IMG/VR virus record: IMGVR_UViG_3300036760_000522
Location: 1-64,000 of that record
DNA: 64,000 nt
Direction: 5' to 3' (one strand)
In this document: positions 1 through 8,524 of the stretch, piece by piece
How positions within the stretch are numbered: the stretch's first letter is position 1
Layout of the letters: the number at the start of each line of letters is the position of its first letter
Program-made: the position numbers and the translations under genes
The notes under the pieces: model-generated
What the model was told of the DNA's origin: nothing
Database searches by the model: none
What the model saw: the letters and a program-made list of their open reading frames with translations, nothing else

Positions 1-90
1 CGGTAGGGGAGACCTACGATACTGGCCCCTTGTCGTCTGACGAGATTGCCTTGGACTGCGTTGTCAACTTCATGTTATAGTGAGGAGACA

Positions 91-429
91 ATGTCGACCC
101 CGAGACCGCTCCAGTGGCGTCGGCGCCTCACACAACACGGAATGTGTGAGGCGTGTCGAGCTATTTACGTCAAGCGGTGTGTCCGGCAAATCACCGAGCG
201 TGGTCTCGGACTCGAAAACCGTCTCGAGGTTCTTGAAGCGGTGCGCCGAGATCCGAAACTTGTTGCGTTGACGCCTCGTGGATTCTGTCTTTCGTACGAC
301 AGGGGACGCTCAGCGTTTGTCGGCGTCGGTAGCCTCTACAAGGAGGGCGGTTATTTGATGACGGTTCACGATCTAGAGCCCAGATGGTCTGCACGAACCA
401 AAGAGCCTGTTATGGAGTTCTGGCCCTGA
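91..429 (+). CDS. hypothetical phage protein
   Basis: ORF; ATG at 91 preceded by GAGGAG RBS. Confidence 0.55.
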   Translation: MSTPRPLQWRRRLTQHGMCEACRAIYVKRCVRQITERGLGLENRLEVLEAVRRDPKLVALTPRGFCLSYDRGRSAFVGVGSLYKEGGYLMTVHDLEPRWSARTKEPVMEFWP

Positions 430-454
430 CACACTTTGTGCTATACTTCACCCC

Positions 455-832
455 GTGACACAAGCGGCTGCCATCCGAATCGCTGCCCGATACGTGGAGT
501 CTTTCCACGTCGAAGCCATGAGCAATCTGCTCCCTCGACGGACGGGGGTGCGGGGAGCTGTCATTTGGGTTTCTCCGGGTGAGTTCAGTGGCGTTGACGT
601 CCAACACGGTCCGAGGATCAAAGTCATGTTGGGTGAGAAGACCACGACAGAGGGCCTTCACGCGGCAGTATCTGTGACTCTCACAAATCCGCCGCGAGTC
701 CTAGGAGTCTTGCCAGGTAGAGTTCGAGGACAAGTTTTCGCATTCATCAACAAGAACCTAGACGTGCTCTTACGCCACTGGCGAGGTGAGCTGGATCCTG
801 GAGACGTTCTCGAACTCATCGAACGCGTCTGA
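455..832 (+). CDS. hypothetical protein, weakly DUF4160-like
   Basis: SNL..RRTG...IWVS...HGPRIKV and G.LP...FI..N..VLL.HW pattern; N-terminal RIAARY motif. Confidence 0.5.
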   Translation: MTQAAAIRIAARYVESFHVEAMSNLLPRRTGVRGAVIWVSPGEFSGVDVQHGPRIKVMLGEKTTTEGLHAAVSVTLTNPPRVLGVLPGRVRGQVFAFINKNLDVLLRHWRGELDPGDVLELIERV

Positions 833-834
833 AA

Positions 835-1275
835 CTAGTCTAGTAGGTCTTGGTATCGGTGTCGACCGTTTGGGTTCAGGACGACAATGAAACCGTGGCC
901 TTTCGACCACAGCTTGAAGTCCTTCAAAGCGGCGTTGATCAATGTTACGGTCTTGTTCTTCTTCGGGCTCGGCTCTGGATCAATGAACTTCAGCTTGTCG
1001 AGTGAGATGATGCCGTACTCGTACATCGAAGCGTCGCCTACGAAGTCCTTTGCGTTTTTGGTGATGATGATGTTCTTGGCAAGTCGCTCCTTGATGTGTT
1101 CGTCAGGCTCGCCGGGGCGAGGTTTGAGAACACGTAAGTTGGACGCCTGGAGAGCTGTCTCTAATGCGAGGACGTTCTCATCAAGCATGACGATCCCGCG
1201 GGACATGGAGATTCGCTTCGACGCATCTTTTTTGTAGGCATCGAGGATCCGGTCGATAGCTACGTCTCTGGACAT
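835..1275 (-). CDS. PIN-like (DUF5615-type) domain protein
   Basis: LDENV...D..I......IIITKNAKDF acidic PIN pattern; paralog at 25784-26203. Confidence 0.6.
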   Translation of the reverse strand: MSRDVAIDRILDAYKKDASKRISMSRGIVMLDENVLALETALQASNLRVLKPRPGEPDEHIKERLAKNIIITKNAKDFVGDASMYEYGIISLDKLKFIDPEPSPKKNKTVTLINAALKDFKLWSKGHGFIVVLNPNGRHRYQDLLD

Positions 1276-1304
1276 AGCACATATTGTAACAGGGATTTAG
1301 TCGT

Positions 1305-1523
1305 ATGGCGACAGAAACAGAAGAAGCGGAAACCCGATACTTCCTCGACCAGGACAGTTCGTGTCACTGGTATTTGGTGCGGGCGGACAAACGCACGGAA
1401 TGGGAAGCCTGGAACGAACTCAACGAGGAAGACGAACGCGCCTGGGAACCGCCAGAGTTTGCGAAAAGACTCAGCGGAGGACCCATGGGCGTAACCTTCA
1501 CGGATCCTGTGGGTGTTGAATGA
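1305..1523 (+). CDS. hypothetical phage protein
   Basis: ORF; stop overlaps next start (ATGA). Confidence 0.6.
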   Translation: MATETEEAETRYFLDQDSSCHWYLVRADKRTEWEAWNELNEEDERAWEPPEFAKRLSGGPMGVTFTDPVGVE

Positions 1524-1735
1524 CTTGGGGCGACCTCAAGGAAAAATTCGACACGCTACCACTGTCGACGAAGATCGTTGCCCAAGTCTGGATAGACGAC
1601 ATTGACGACGACAATTGGGACGGCTCGTTTGACGGGGCTTTCTACGACGAAACTGAGGAGACGCTCTACTTGGTGAAGCACGAAGAAGAGGCCGACGTGG
1701 TCGACGAACCAAACACTACCGGTAGCCGAGTTTGA
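1520..1735 (+). CDS. hypothetical acidic protein
   Basis: ORF coupled to upstream gene; stop lies inside the repeated 30-bp motif. Confidence 0.55.
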   Translation: MTWGDLKEKFDTLPLSTKIVAQVWIDDIDDDNWDGSFDGAFYDETEETLYLVKHEEEADVVDEPNTTGSRV

Positions 1736-1756
1736 ATCCGTCAGATGTTGAGAGGT
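1727..1756 (+). repeat. dispersed 30-bp element, copy 1
   Basis: CGAGTTTGAATCCGTCAGATGTTGAGAGGT; 29/30 identical to 11346-11375; 25-nt core again at 11420-11444. Confidence 0.9.
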
Positions 1757-1761
1757 AAGGT

Positions 1762-2409
1762 ATGACGCATCGGTTCTCATCAGGGGTGCCGTCGCTCGAC
1801 CGACGCTTGGGGGGCGGTTACCTGCCAGGAGTGGTCGAAGTCTACGGCTCACGAGGTAGTGGCAAGACAACCCTCGCGAGGCGGGCCCTAGCGGCAGCAG
1901 AGAAGGCCGGAGCCTCGGTTTCTTACTGGACTCCAGGGGTAACCAAAAAGCCTCCCAAAGGGCTCCTAGTCGAACATCACACGGAGCGGGACGTTGAGGA
2001 AGTTCTCAAGGGGATCCTGGAAGTGCTCAAACAACGAAAGCGGACGCTTGTCGTTCTCGATCCGCTTTCAAATTTGGTCTCCTTGGACACGGATCTCGTA
2101 TCAGGTGTCCGTCTGTTCGTGATCCACGCGCTCCCAAGACTCTGTCGAGCACTAGTTCGAACACAAAGCGTCTTGATCGTCACCTCGCCAGACAACCAGC
2201 GACACAGGGCGCTTCACTTCTACGCGACAACCTGTTTGCGCATCAGAGAGGACGCATCCCGAAAGTCCAGGAGCATCACAGTTACCAAGCATGTCGAAAT
2301 CGAGTGTGGTGCAGGGAGTGTTAATCGCCAGGCAAGCGTGCGTCGTCGACAAGCTTACGGCCGATCCCTTGAAGGATTCAGGGTCGGCTTCGGGCCAAGC
2401 TCAAAATGA
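1762..2409 (+). CDS. RecA/RadA-family P-loop ATPase (short, divergent)
   Basis: SSGVPSLDRRLGGG, EVYGSRGSGKTT (Walker A), LVVLD (Walker B); C-terminus short relative to RecA. Confidence 0.7.
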   Translation: MTHRFSSGVPSLDRRLGGGYLPGVVEVYGSRGSGKTTLARRALAAAEKAGASVSYWTPGVTKKPPKGLLVEHHTERDVEEVLKGILEVLKQRKRTLVVLDPLSNLVSLDTDLVSGVRLFVIHALPRLCRALVRTQSVLIVTSPDNQRHRALHFYATTCLRIREDASRKSRSITVTKHVEIECGAGSVNRQASVRRRQAYGRSLEGFRVGFGPSSK

Positions 2410-2427
2410 ACCTTTGGGAAGAAGCGT

Positions 2428-2622
2428 GTGTCAAACGAAGTCAAGATCGACGTCTCGTTCGAAGCACACCAAGTGAGCTACGCGATCCAGTTAGCTGTCT
2501 CCGACATCAGGGATGAGATGTCGCGTCCAAGCGTGCTCTTCCGGCCGACACTGACGAAGGACGGAGACAAGTATTGTATGCACTGCGGCCTTTGTGTCGG
2601 GTTCGAGGGCGCAGGGCTGTGA
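2428..2622 (+). CDS. hypothetical protein
   Basis: 64-aa ORF between RecA-like gene and cas5. Confidence 0.5.
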   Translation: MSNEVKIDVSFEAHQVSYAIQLAVSDIRDEMSRPSVLFRPTLTKDGDKYCMHCGLCVGFEGAGL

Positions 2623-2659
2623 TTTCACAAATCACGAAACCGGCACAAAACATGCTGTC

Positions 2660-2706
2660 AAAAATAATTGGTTGACACCGTTTGGTCTCGGGTTCATTGG
2701 AGCCCT
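2660..2706 (+). promoter_or_regulatory. putative cas-operon promoter carrying a PAM-flanked self-target site
   Basis: AT-rich AAAAATAATTG followed by perfect TTGACA (2672-2677); -10 not clearly recognisable; TTC (2693-2695) + ATTGGAGCCCT (2696-2706) is identical to the first 11 nt of the spacer at 9358 and overlaps the GGAG RBS of the GTG at 2707. Confidence 0.6.
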
Positions 2707-3333
2707 GTGAAAAAACTGCGATATTCGAAAGCCTGGGAAATACGTGTCAGCGGAAATCACGCTCTTTATACCCGGGCGGATTTTCAAGCGGAGCGTGTCA
2801 GTTACGATACCCCTACGCCACCGGCTATGGCCGGGATGCTTGAATCGATCCTGTGGCGTCCAGGTTTCAACTGGCGTGTCAGTGAGATTCTCGTCCTGAA
2901 CCCAATTCAGTGGACCAACCTCACTCGAAACGAGGTCAAAGAGATCACGTTTAGTAAGGGCTACGTCGATCTGGATCAGCAACACACACAACGACGATCC
3001 AGAATCCTCGTCAACGTTGATTGGATCGTGAAAGCCAAACTCGTAACAAGCACGGAAACACCTATACCAGAACTCCGAAAAATGGAGGCAATGGCCGAAC
3101 GGTATTTGGCTAACGGGAAATGCAACCACAGACCGTTCTTGGGTTGTAGAGAGTTTCCAGCAAAGGTCCGTCTAGTGAATGGGTCCGAGACTCTACCAAG
3201 TCCGGTCGACATCACGCGGCAGTTGGGCAGGATGCCACACAGCTACCGTTGGGTTCAGGACGTTCGAGCTGAGGTTTTCATGTTCGATGCCGAACTGAAT
3301 CGTGGTCGGCTCGTCGTTCCGGAGGTCGCATGA
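2707..3333 (+). CDS. cas5: type I-C Cas5 (Cas5c/Cas5d)
   Basis: ALYTR...ERVSYDTPTP.A..G.LESILWRP...VLNPI...RNEV and PFLGCREF signatures; GTG start at 2707 preferred (ORF track starts at TTG 2668). Confidence 0.92.
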   Translation: MKKLRYSKAWEIRVSGNHALYTRADFQAERVSYDTPTPPAMAGMLESILWRPGFNWRVSEILVLNPIQWTNLTRNEVKEITFSKGYVDLDQQHTQRRSRILVNVDWIVKAKLVTSTETPIPELRKMEAMAERYLANGKCNHRPFLGCREFPAKVRLVNGSETLPSPVDITRQLGRMPHSYRWVQDVRAEVFMFDAELNRGRLVVPEVA

Positions 3334-5024
3334 TCCTGGAAGCCCTTTGGGCCTACGCCCAAAAAGCACGTCTTGTTCCCAACGAGTACATGGCGCAAAC
3401 GGCGGGCCTCACTGTCGACCTAAACAAGCAAGGGGCCTTTCGAAGCGTCACCGCCAATAGGTTTTCAGTCGACGCCCCAACCCCCGTTCCTGCCAAACGG
3501 CCGGGTACGACACCTAAGCCATATCTGTTGGACCACGTTGGTTACGTGCTTGGATTGGGGACCGATCCGAACAAGCTAGCCCGGCGCAAAACACAACAGC
3601 GAGCCTACAAGGCATACGTTACTGACCTAGCAGAAACCGTCAAAAGTCTGCGACCGGTTGCCAAATTCTTGTCGGGACCTGTACCCAAGGAAATCAAGCA
3701 GCTGAAATGTGCGGATCACATCAAGGTGGCCTTCACCGTCAACGGCAAGTCGATCTACAAAGATTCAGGACTCAGAGCGCACTATCGCAGTCTGCGCAAG
3801 GAGACATCCCCTACGGAGACTTGTCGAATCACCGGCAAGCCTTGCACGCCAGGTTTTTTTCCACTCTTCAAAAACCTTCCAGGATCCAAAGGTTCAAACC
3901 TGATTACCTTCGAGGAGAAGGCGTGGCAATTTGACGGACGAGACTCTAGCAGGTGCTACCCGCTCTTGCGCGAGATTCGTGAGGGTGTTGCAGCTGCCTG
4001 GAACCATCTCACCGAACCAGCAGAAAAGGCGTTTTGGAATCGACGTTCAGCGTTCGTCCTTGAACGATCCAAAGGTACAGAAAAAGACGACAAGTCGAAG
4101 CCTTTGGCGATTTGGTGGACGTTAGCAGATGTTGATCTTAGTCCACTGCAACGCGTTGTGGAAGGACCTGTTTCCGGCAAGCCCTATCGGGAATTTATGG
4201 ATCAGGCTTTCCTCGATCTCTCAGCACTAGAGGTTGAGGGGGACCTATTTGTCTTGGTGGCACAATCGTACGACTCGTGTCCCGGACGTATTTCCGTTCT
4301 GGATTGGTTGGTCGTGCCCCTGAGAAAAGTCGCAAGCAACCTACGACAATTTCGAACTGAAACGGGCAATGCGACGCTGCGACGATTGTGTCGAAGCTCT
4401 CCGAGTTACCTAGTAAGTCAGGCCCTCTTGCGAGCCGCCTTGGTGGGAGAGGATTACCCGCCAGGTGTCATCCGAGAGCTGACTCGTCTAAACAACCAAC
4501 GTTGGCCGGATACTAACGGGCTAGCACCAGGACCTCTACTCACCGGCGTCACAGCCAAACTAATTGGAAAAGGAAATCACATGAACAACGGAAAAGATCT
4601 GGAAGAAGAAAGAGACAACCCATTCCACACGACGGACCCAAATTTTTGGGGCGGCTGTTTGGTAGCTCTGGGTAACCACCTACTGGCTGCTAATGGTGTT
4701 GGTGGGAACTTGGACGCACAACTTGACTCGATCAGCACTCAGCCAGGAAAATACTTTCCGAAGTTCGACGGCAAGGTCCGACGCGCGATCACACGACTCC
4801 GCAAGGCTCCGGTTGAGGAAAAACCCGAGATCCATACGGCCATCTCACACTACGACAGCTCGTACGTCAAGTTCGTACAGGACAGCAGCAAAGGCATCGT
4901 ACCACTGCGTTTGAGCGGCACAGAGTCTCTCGCTTTTCGACGTGGGTATGTCTTGCAGCAGCGAAGCCTAAGAGTCAACAAGGCCAAAACAGCGGAGAAA
5001 CCAGAGAAATTATCAGGGACATAA
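3330..5024 (+). CDS. cas8c: Cas8c (Csd1)-like large subunit, divergent
   Basis: MILEALWAY N-terminus, CRITG motif followed by LITF.E.AW, C-terminal AFRRGY..QQ; lies between cas5 and cas7. Confidence 0.8.
   Translation: MILEALWAYAQKARLVPNEYMAQTAGLTVDLNKQGAFRSVTANRFSVDAPTPVPAKRPGTTPKPYLLDHVGYVLGLGTDPNKLARRKTQQRAYKAYVTDLAETVKSLRPVAKFLSGPVPKEIKQLKCADHIKVAFTVNGKSIYKDSGLRAHYRSLRKETSPTETCRITGKPCTPGFFPLFKNLPGSKGSNLITFEEKAWQFDGRDSSRCYPLLREIREGVAAAWNHLTEPAEKAFWNRRSAFVLERSKGTEKDDKSKPLAIWWTLADVDLSPLQRVVEGPVSGKPYREFMDQAFLDLSALEVEGDLFVLVAQSYDSCPGRISVLDWLVVPLRKVASNLRQFRTETGNATLRRLCRSSPSYLVSQALLRAALVGEDYPPGVIRELTRLNNQRWPDTNGLAPGPLLTGVTAKLIGKGNHMNNGKDLEEERDNPFHTTDPNFWGGCLVALGNHLLAANGVGGNLDAQLDSISTQPGKYFPKFDGKVRRAITRLRKAPVEEKPEIHTAISHYDSSYVKFVQDSSKGIVPLRLSGTESLAFRRGYVLQQRSLRVNKAKTAEKPEKLSGT
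4581..5024 (+). CDS. cas11: putative Cas11 small subunit from an internal in-frame start in cas8c
   Basis: AAGGAAATCAC-ATG at codon 418 of cas8c; 147-aa product resembles the helical Cas8c C-terminal/Cas11c region. Confidence 0.6.
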   Translation: MNNGKDLEEERDNPFHTTDPNFWGGCLVALGNHLLAANGVGGNLDAQLDSISTQPGKYFPKFDGKVRRAITRLRKAPVEEKPEIHTAISHYDSSYVKFVQDSSKGIVPLRLSGTESLAFRRGYVLQQRSLRVNKAKTAEKPEKLSGT

Positions 5025-5069
5025 ATCGTCCTTGTCGGTAAAACAAAACCAACACGAATGGAAAATCAA

Positions 5070-5945
5070 ATGGCGACAGCTAAGAAAACAACACAGGTAC
5101 CCGCATTGGACGGGATCATCGTTCCAGAAACCGTCAACGCAAATCAAAACGGGGATCCAGATGACGGGGGCAATCCTCGTCGCAACGCCGTGACAGACAA
5201 AGGGCTCTGGTCACGTGAAAGCATCAATCGACGGATCCGGGATTACGTCTACGACGTTCACAAAGGTAAACCCGGGTTCGATTTGTTCATCAAACGAGGC
5301 AATGTCCACGAGACACTGATCCGGGAAGCGTACGTGAGTTCCGGAGCAGGAATCGACAAGGGCAGAGACTACGCTAAGGGCAACCTTGCGTTGTGTGAAA
5401 AGTATTTCGACGTGCGGTGGTTCGGACTTGTAGTCACCAAACCTGGTGACGGTGGGATCCGAGGGCCAATTTGCATAAATATTGGTGAATCTGTCTACCC
5501 TATAACGCACGAAGACATGGCGGGTACGAGACAAACTCGGACGAACGAAGAACGTGCCAAAACTGGCAGTCGGGAAATGTCCCACAAGCGGTTCATTCCG
5601 CACGCGGTTTTCACGATTACCTGGCACCTCGATCCGTTTTACGCACAACGAACCGGGTTCGACAAGAACGACTTGGAAATCTTCCTAGACGCGATTACAC
5701 GTGTCTTCAGGAACGATCACTCGTCTATGAGGGGGCGAATCAACCTCCGGTACTCGGTCGTGTTTGAGCACGAGGAGCCTACCCGCAATGCCGAGCCGTG
5801 TGATTTGTTCGAGCTCCTCAAAATCAAGGCAAAGGATCCGCATACGGCTTCGCAATGGTCGGACTACACCGTGACCTTACCGACGGCCAAAGATCTGCCC
5901 GCCGGTGTAACGATGAAAATCCTGCACGCAACGAAGGCTGCTTGA
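5070..5945 (+). CDS. cas7: type I-C Cas7 (Csd2)
   Basis: NANQNGDPDDGGNPR, R.IRDY, YFDVRWFG, GIRGPI.I motifs; alternative start at 5058. Confidence 0.92.
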   Translation: MATAKKTTQVPALDGIIVPETVNANQNGDPDDGGNPRRNAVTDKGLWSRESINRRIRDYVYDVHKGKPGFDLFIKRGNVHETLIREAYVSSGAGIDKGRDYAKGNLALCEKYFDVRWFGLVVTKPGDGGIRGPICINIGESVYPITHEDMAGTRQTRTNEERAKTGSREMSHKRFIPHAVFTITWHLDPFYAQRTGFDKNDLEIFLDAITRVFRNDHSSMRGRINLRYSVVFEHEEPTRNAEPCDLFELLKIKAKDPHTASQWSDYTVTLPTAKDLPAGVTMKILHATKAA

Positions 5946-5953
5946 ACCGCCCT

Positions 5954-5990
5954 TAGAGGACGAGTGCTGAACTTCAGCACTCGTCCTCTA
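5954..5990 (+). terminator. perfect 18-bp inverted repeat between cas7 and helicase (terminator/attenuator or mRNA-stabilising hairpin)
   Basis: TAGAGGACGAGTGCTGAA-C-TTCAGCACTCGTCCTCTA followed by TTTCTGATT. Confidence 0.6.
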
Positions 5991-6011
5991 TTTCTGATTG
6001 GAGTACGAATC

Positions 6012-8345
6012 ATGGAATTTCACGATTACCAAGCTGTTACCTTGGCCGACGCCTGTAACACAGATTGGAAATCTTACTACGTTTTGTGGGCAATGGCAGC
6101 CGGGAAAACGGCGTTTTGCCACGCTTACCTCAAGTGGGCTTTCGAGTGTGACGTCTATGACCACGCAGTAATCCTAACGCCCTACAAAACCACAAGGGAC
6201 GGATTCGTCACCCGTAAACTGGATGATGAGCGCCGCATCTTGTACGTCAGCGATCTGAAATACGACGTGAGAAAGGACCTGGTACGCCCGCTAGAATCGG
6301 ACTCAATCGCAGAGCTTCGTGAATACCTGCGCACACCAAAGCCTGGCTACGCTGTGGTAATTTGTGACGCCACAGCAAGAGCCTTCGTCCAAACGGGGGC
6401 TGACCAGAACGAACGCCTCATAGTAATTGGCGACGAGTGTCATGGCCATCAAGCCCCCGCGATGAGATCATGGGTAAACGCAATTCGAAGCCGCGGAGCA
6501 AAAACCATCAGTCTAACCGCAACACCCTATCGTCACGACAACGTCCCTGTATTGCCTCCACCAGGCACTAAGGGGGTTCGGTTGGGCCCAGTCCGCACGT
6601 ACACCGAGCAGGTACGGGACGGCCTGGCGCCCGACATCACGTTGAAGTGTATTCCTGTGGCCTGTGCAAACGCTATCAATGACGACGAACGCTTTCAGGA
6701 GATGGCTGCGGCAATCGTGGCTAATTGGTCACCAGATCGCAAAGCCATGGTTCAAATTACACCACGGGCTGCTGGTTGGAGCGGGCGCGAGGAGGACGAA
6801 CTGAACGAAGTCCAGAAAACTTTCTGCAACCAATTTCGATGTCGCATCATTGAAGCTCTCCAAAAGGCCAAGATCAGGTGCGTCGACATGACCGACTTTG
6901 AGGAGCACGACGGCTGTCCGCAGAACTATCAAGAGGTGTTACTCGCGGAACGTAAGGTCAGACATTTCAAGGACTCAAAGGTGGACGTCTTTATTGGGAT
7001 CAACAACATATCCCTAGGTGTTGATTGGACATTGTGTAACACAGTAATATCTACAGATTTTATGAGTTCCTTGTCTCGGATGGTTCAATTCAGTGGTCGA
7101 GGAGGTCGAAACAAAAAGGATTTCCTGTCATATCCGAATAGGTATCTAGACCAGATGGAGTTTTTGGTCTTGACACCTGTCAAGCGCGAAAACGAGGATG
7201 CTGTACGAATCCGGGAGATGGCTCGTCACGCCGTACTGCTGTCACTGACACTCTCTCAGTTGACACTTCCAGCAGGTTTGACAGGTTACACCGCCATCCA
7301 ACGGAGATTGCGTGAGATCCATGCCCCAAAGATTGCCACGGAGCTGCGAGACCACCTTGGAAGACGCGATCACTTGACTAAAGTCCACGCGAATACCGTC
7401 GTTGTCCTCTCTGATCAGTGGGGGCGAATCAAGGTAAAGAACCTCAGAGTATTACTCCTTCGACAACAACGGCAGCAGTATCCAGACGAGACCCCGGAGC
7501 AGAGACAACATGCTGTCGACGCGGCCATACAAGAGCTAGTGTCAGCTCAAGTGGATCCCGGACAGATCGAGAAAGCAGTAGCTTCTATCCCACTACAAGA
7601 AGGGACAACTCTCCGATACGTATTCGAGGAGTTGGTCAAGTGGTTCAACGACGAGTATATTGACGTTCGAATCAATCCGTTTCTCCGCAATGCAAGAGAA
7701 TTTGTTACTGAGTTCTACCCGGATACTTGCGACAATGTATTTCGCCGCCTCCGAGAGCTGCAACAAGAGGCTCTGGATCCGACAATCGTATGTGACTGGG
7801 CAATTGCCTTTTACAAAGAGCACGACAGATGGCCCGAGGCAGGCCCCATTCAGGAAGCACCGCACGTCTCCTGGGGGGATGTCAATCAAGCTCTCCTCCA
7901 CGGGACACGAGGGTTACCGCGGCTCCCCAACGGACTGTTGCAATTCCTCGGTGAATGGGCCCACAACCACAAACAGGTCCTCAGGGTGTTCTCGAGAGTC
8001 TTCCACGATATCCACCAGGACAACTCCACGGAGACGGAGTGGCGGCCTGTACTGAGCGCCCTAGGCATTCCAGGAACAGACAATATCCACGAAGCCTTTT
8101 TGCAATACGATCGTGCGCGATTGTCCTCCAGAGTCTACTTTGGTGAGCGGGAGCAAGCCGGATTCGAAGCAGCCATGTCCCACGTGGTGAAACACATTCA
8201 GCTGTTCCATTTCTTGCGGCTCTTCACGAAGGCTTTCTACAGTCGCCAGGGCTCGCATTGGAACTTCTGGTGGACAATTGCAGAAGCCCAGCGCCACGAC
8301 ACAGCTTTGACTATCAGACAACTCCGAAACCTTGCGAGCGGTTAG
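6012..8345 (+). CDS. Cas-associated SF2 (DExH) helicase lacking an HD nuclease domain
   Basis: Motif I AMAAGKT near residue 27, II DECH, III TAT, VI QFSGRGGR; no room for an N-terminal HD domain and no HD motif recognised; GGAG RBS before ATG 6012. Confidence 0.85.
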   Translation: MEFHDYQAVTLADACNTDWKSYYVLWAMAAGKTAFCHAYLKWAFECDVYDHAVILTPYKTTRDGFVTRKLDDERRILYVSDLKYDVRKDLVRPLESDSIAELREYLRTPKPGYAVVICDATARAFVQTGADQNERLIVIGDECHGHQAPAMRSWVNAIRSRGAKTISLTATPYRHDNVPVLPPPGTKGVRLGPVRTYTEQVRDGLAPDITLKCIPVACANAINDDERFQEMAAAIVANWSPDRKAMVQITPRAAGWSGREEDELNEVQKTFCNQFRCRIIEALQKAKIRCVDMTDFEEHDGCPQNYQEVLLAERKVRHFKDSKVDVFIGINNISLGVDWTLCNTVISTDFMSSLSRMVQFSGRGGRNKKDFLSYPNRYLDQMEFLVLTPVKRENEDAVRIREMARHAVLLSLTLSQLTLPAGLTGYTAIQRRLREIHAPKIATELRDHLGRRDHLTKVHANTVVVLSDQWGRIKVKNLRVLLLRQQRQQYPDETPEQRQHAVDAAIQELVSAQVDPGQIEKAVASIPLQEGTTLRYVFEELVKWFNDEYIDVRINPFLRNAREFVTEFYPDTCDNVFRRLRELQQEALDPTIVCDWAIAFYKEHDRWPEAGPIQEAPHVSWGDVNQALLHGTRGLPRLPNGLLQFLGEWAHNHKQVLRVFSRVFHDIHQDNSTETEWRPVLSALGIPGTDNIHEAFLQYDRARLSSRVYFGEREQAGFEAAMSHVVKHIQLFHFLRLFTKAFYSRQGSHWNFWWTIAEAQRHDTALTIRQLRNLASG

Positions 8346-8524
8346 GTGCTGCGACTAGGTCCTTAACCGCTCGCAAGGCGGCTTTGTTCTTTGAAAACTC
8401 ACGACATTTTCACTTCCGTTCACCTGTAGATGGTGAACGGAAGGACGCCATTCTGTTCTCTGCAAGACAACCTCTCGCAATCCACACTGCAAAACCTCGA
8501 TAAAACAGTCTTTAGTGACGAAGG
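8346..8524 (+). promoter_or_regulatory. CRISPR leader
   Basis: Non-coding, relatively AT-rich segment between helicase stop and the first conserved repeat. Confidence 0.65.

Noticed and set aside
5973-5980. TTC + AGCAC matching the sequence after the last repeat (10871)
   Set aside because: Only 5 nt of seed; not significant
7169-7184. CTTGACA-CC-TGTCAAG inverted repeat
   Set aside because: Inside helicase coding sequence, with arm orientation opposite to the 15160 motif; likely chance
6012-8345. Calling the helicase cas3
   Set aside because: No HD domain, and motif context differs from Cas3; only the genomic position matches
8484-8491. 8-nt match of the spacer at 9866 to the leader
   Set aside because: Flanked by TCC, not TTC, and too short
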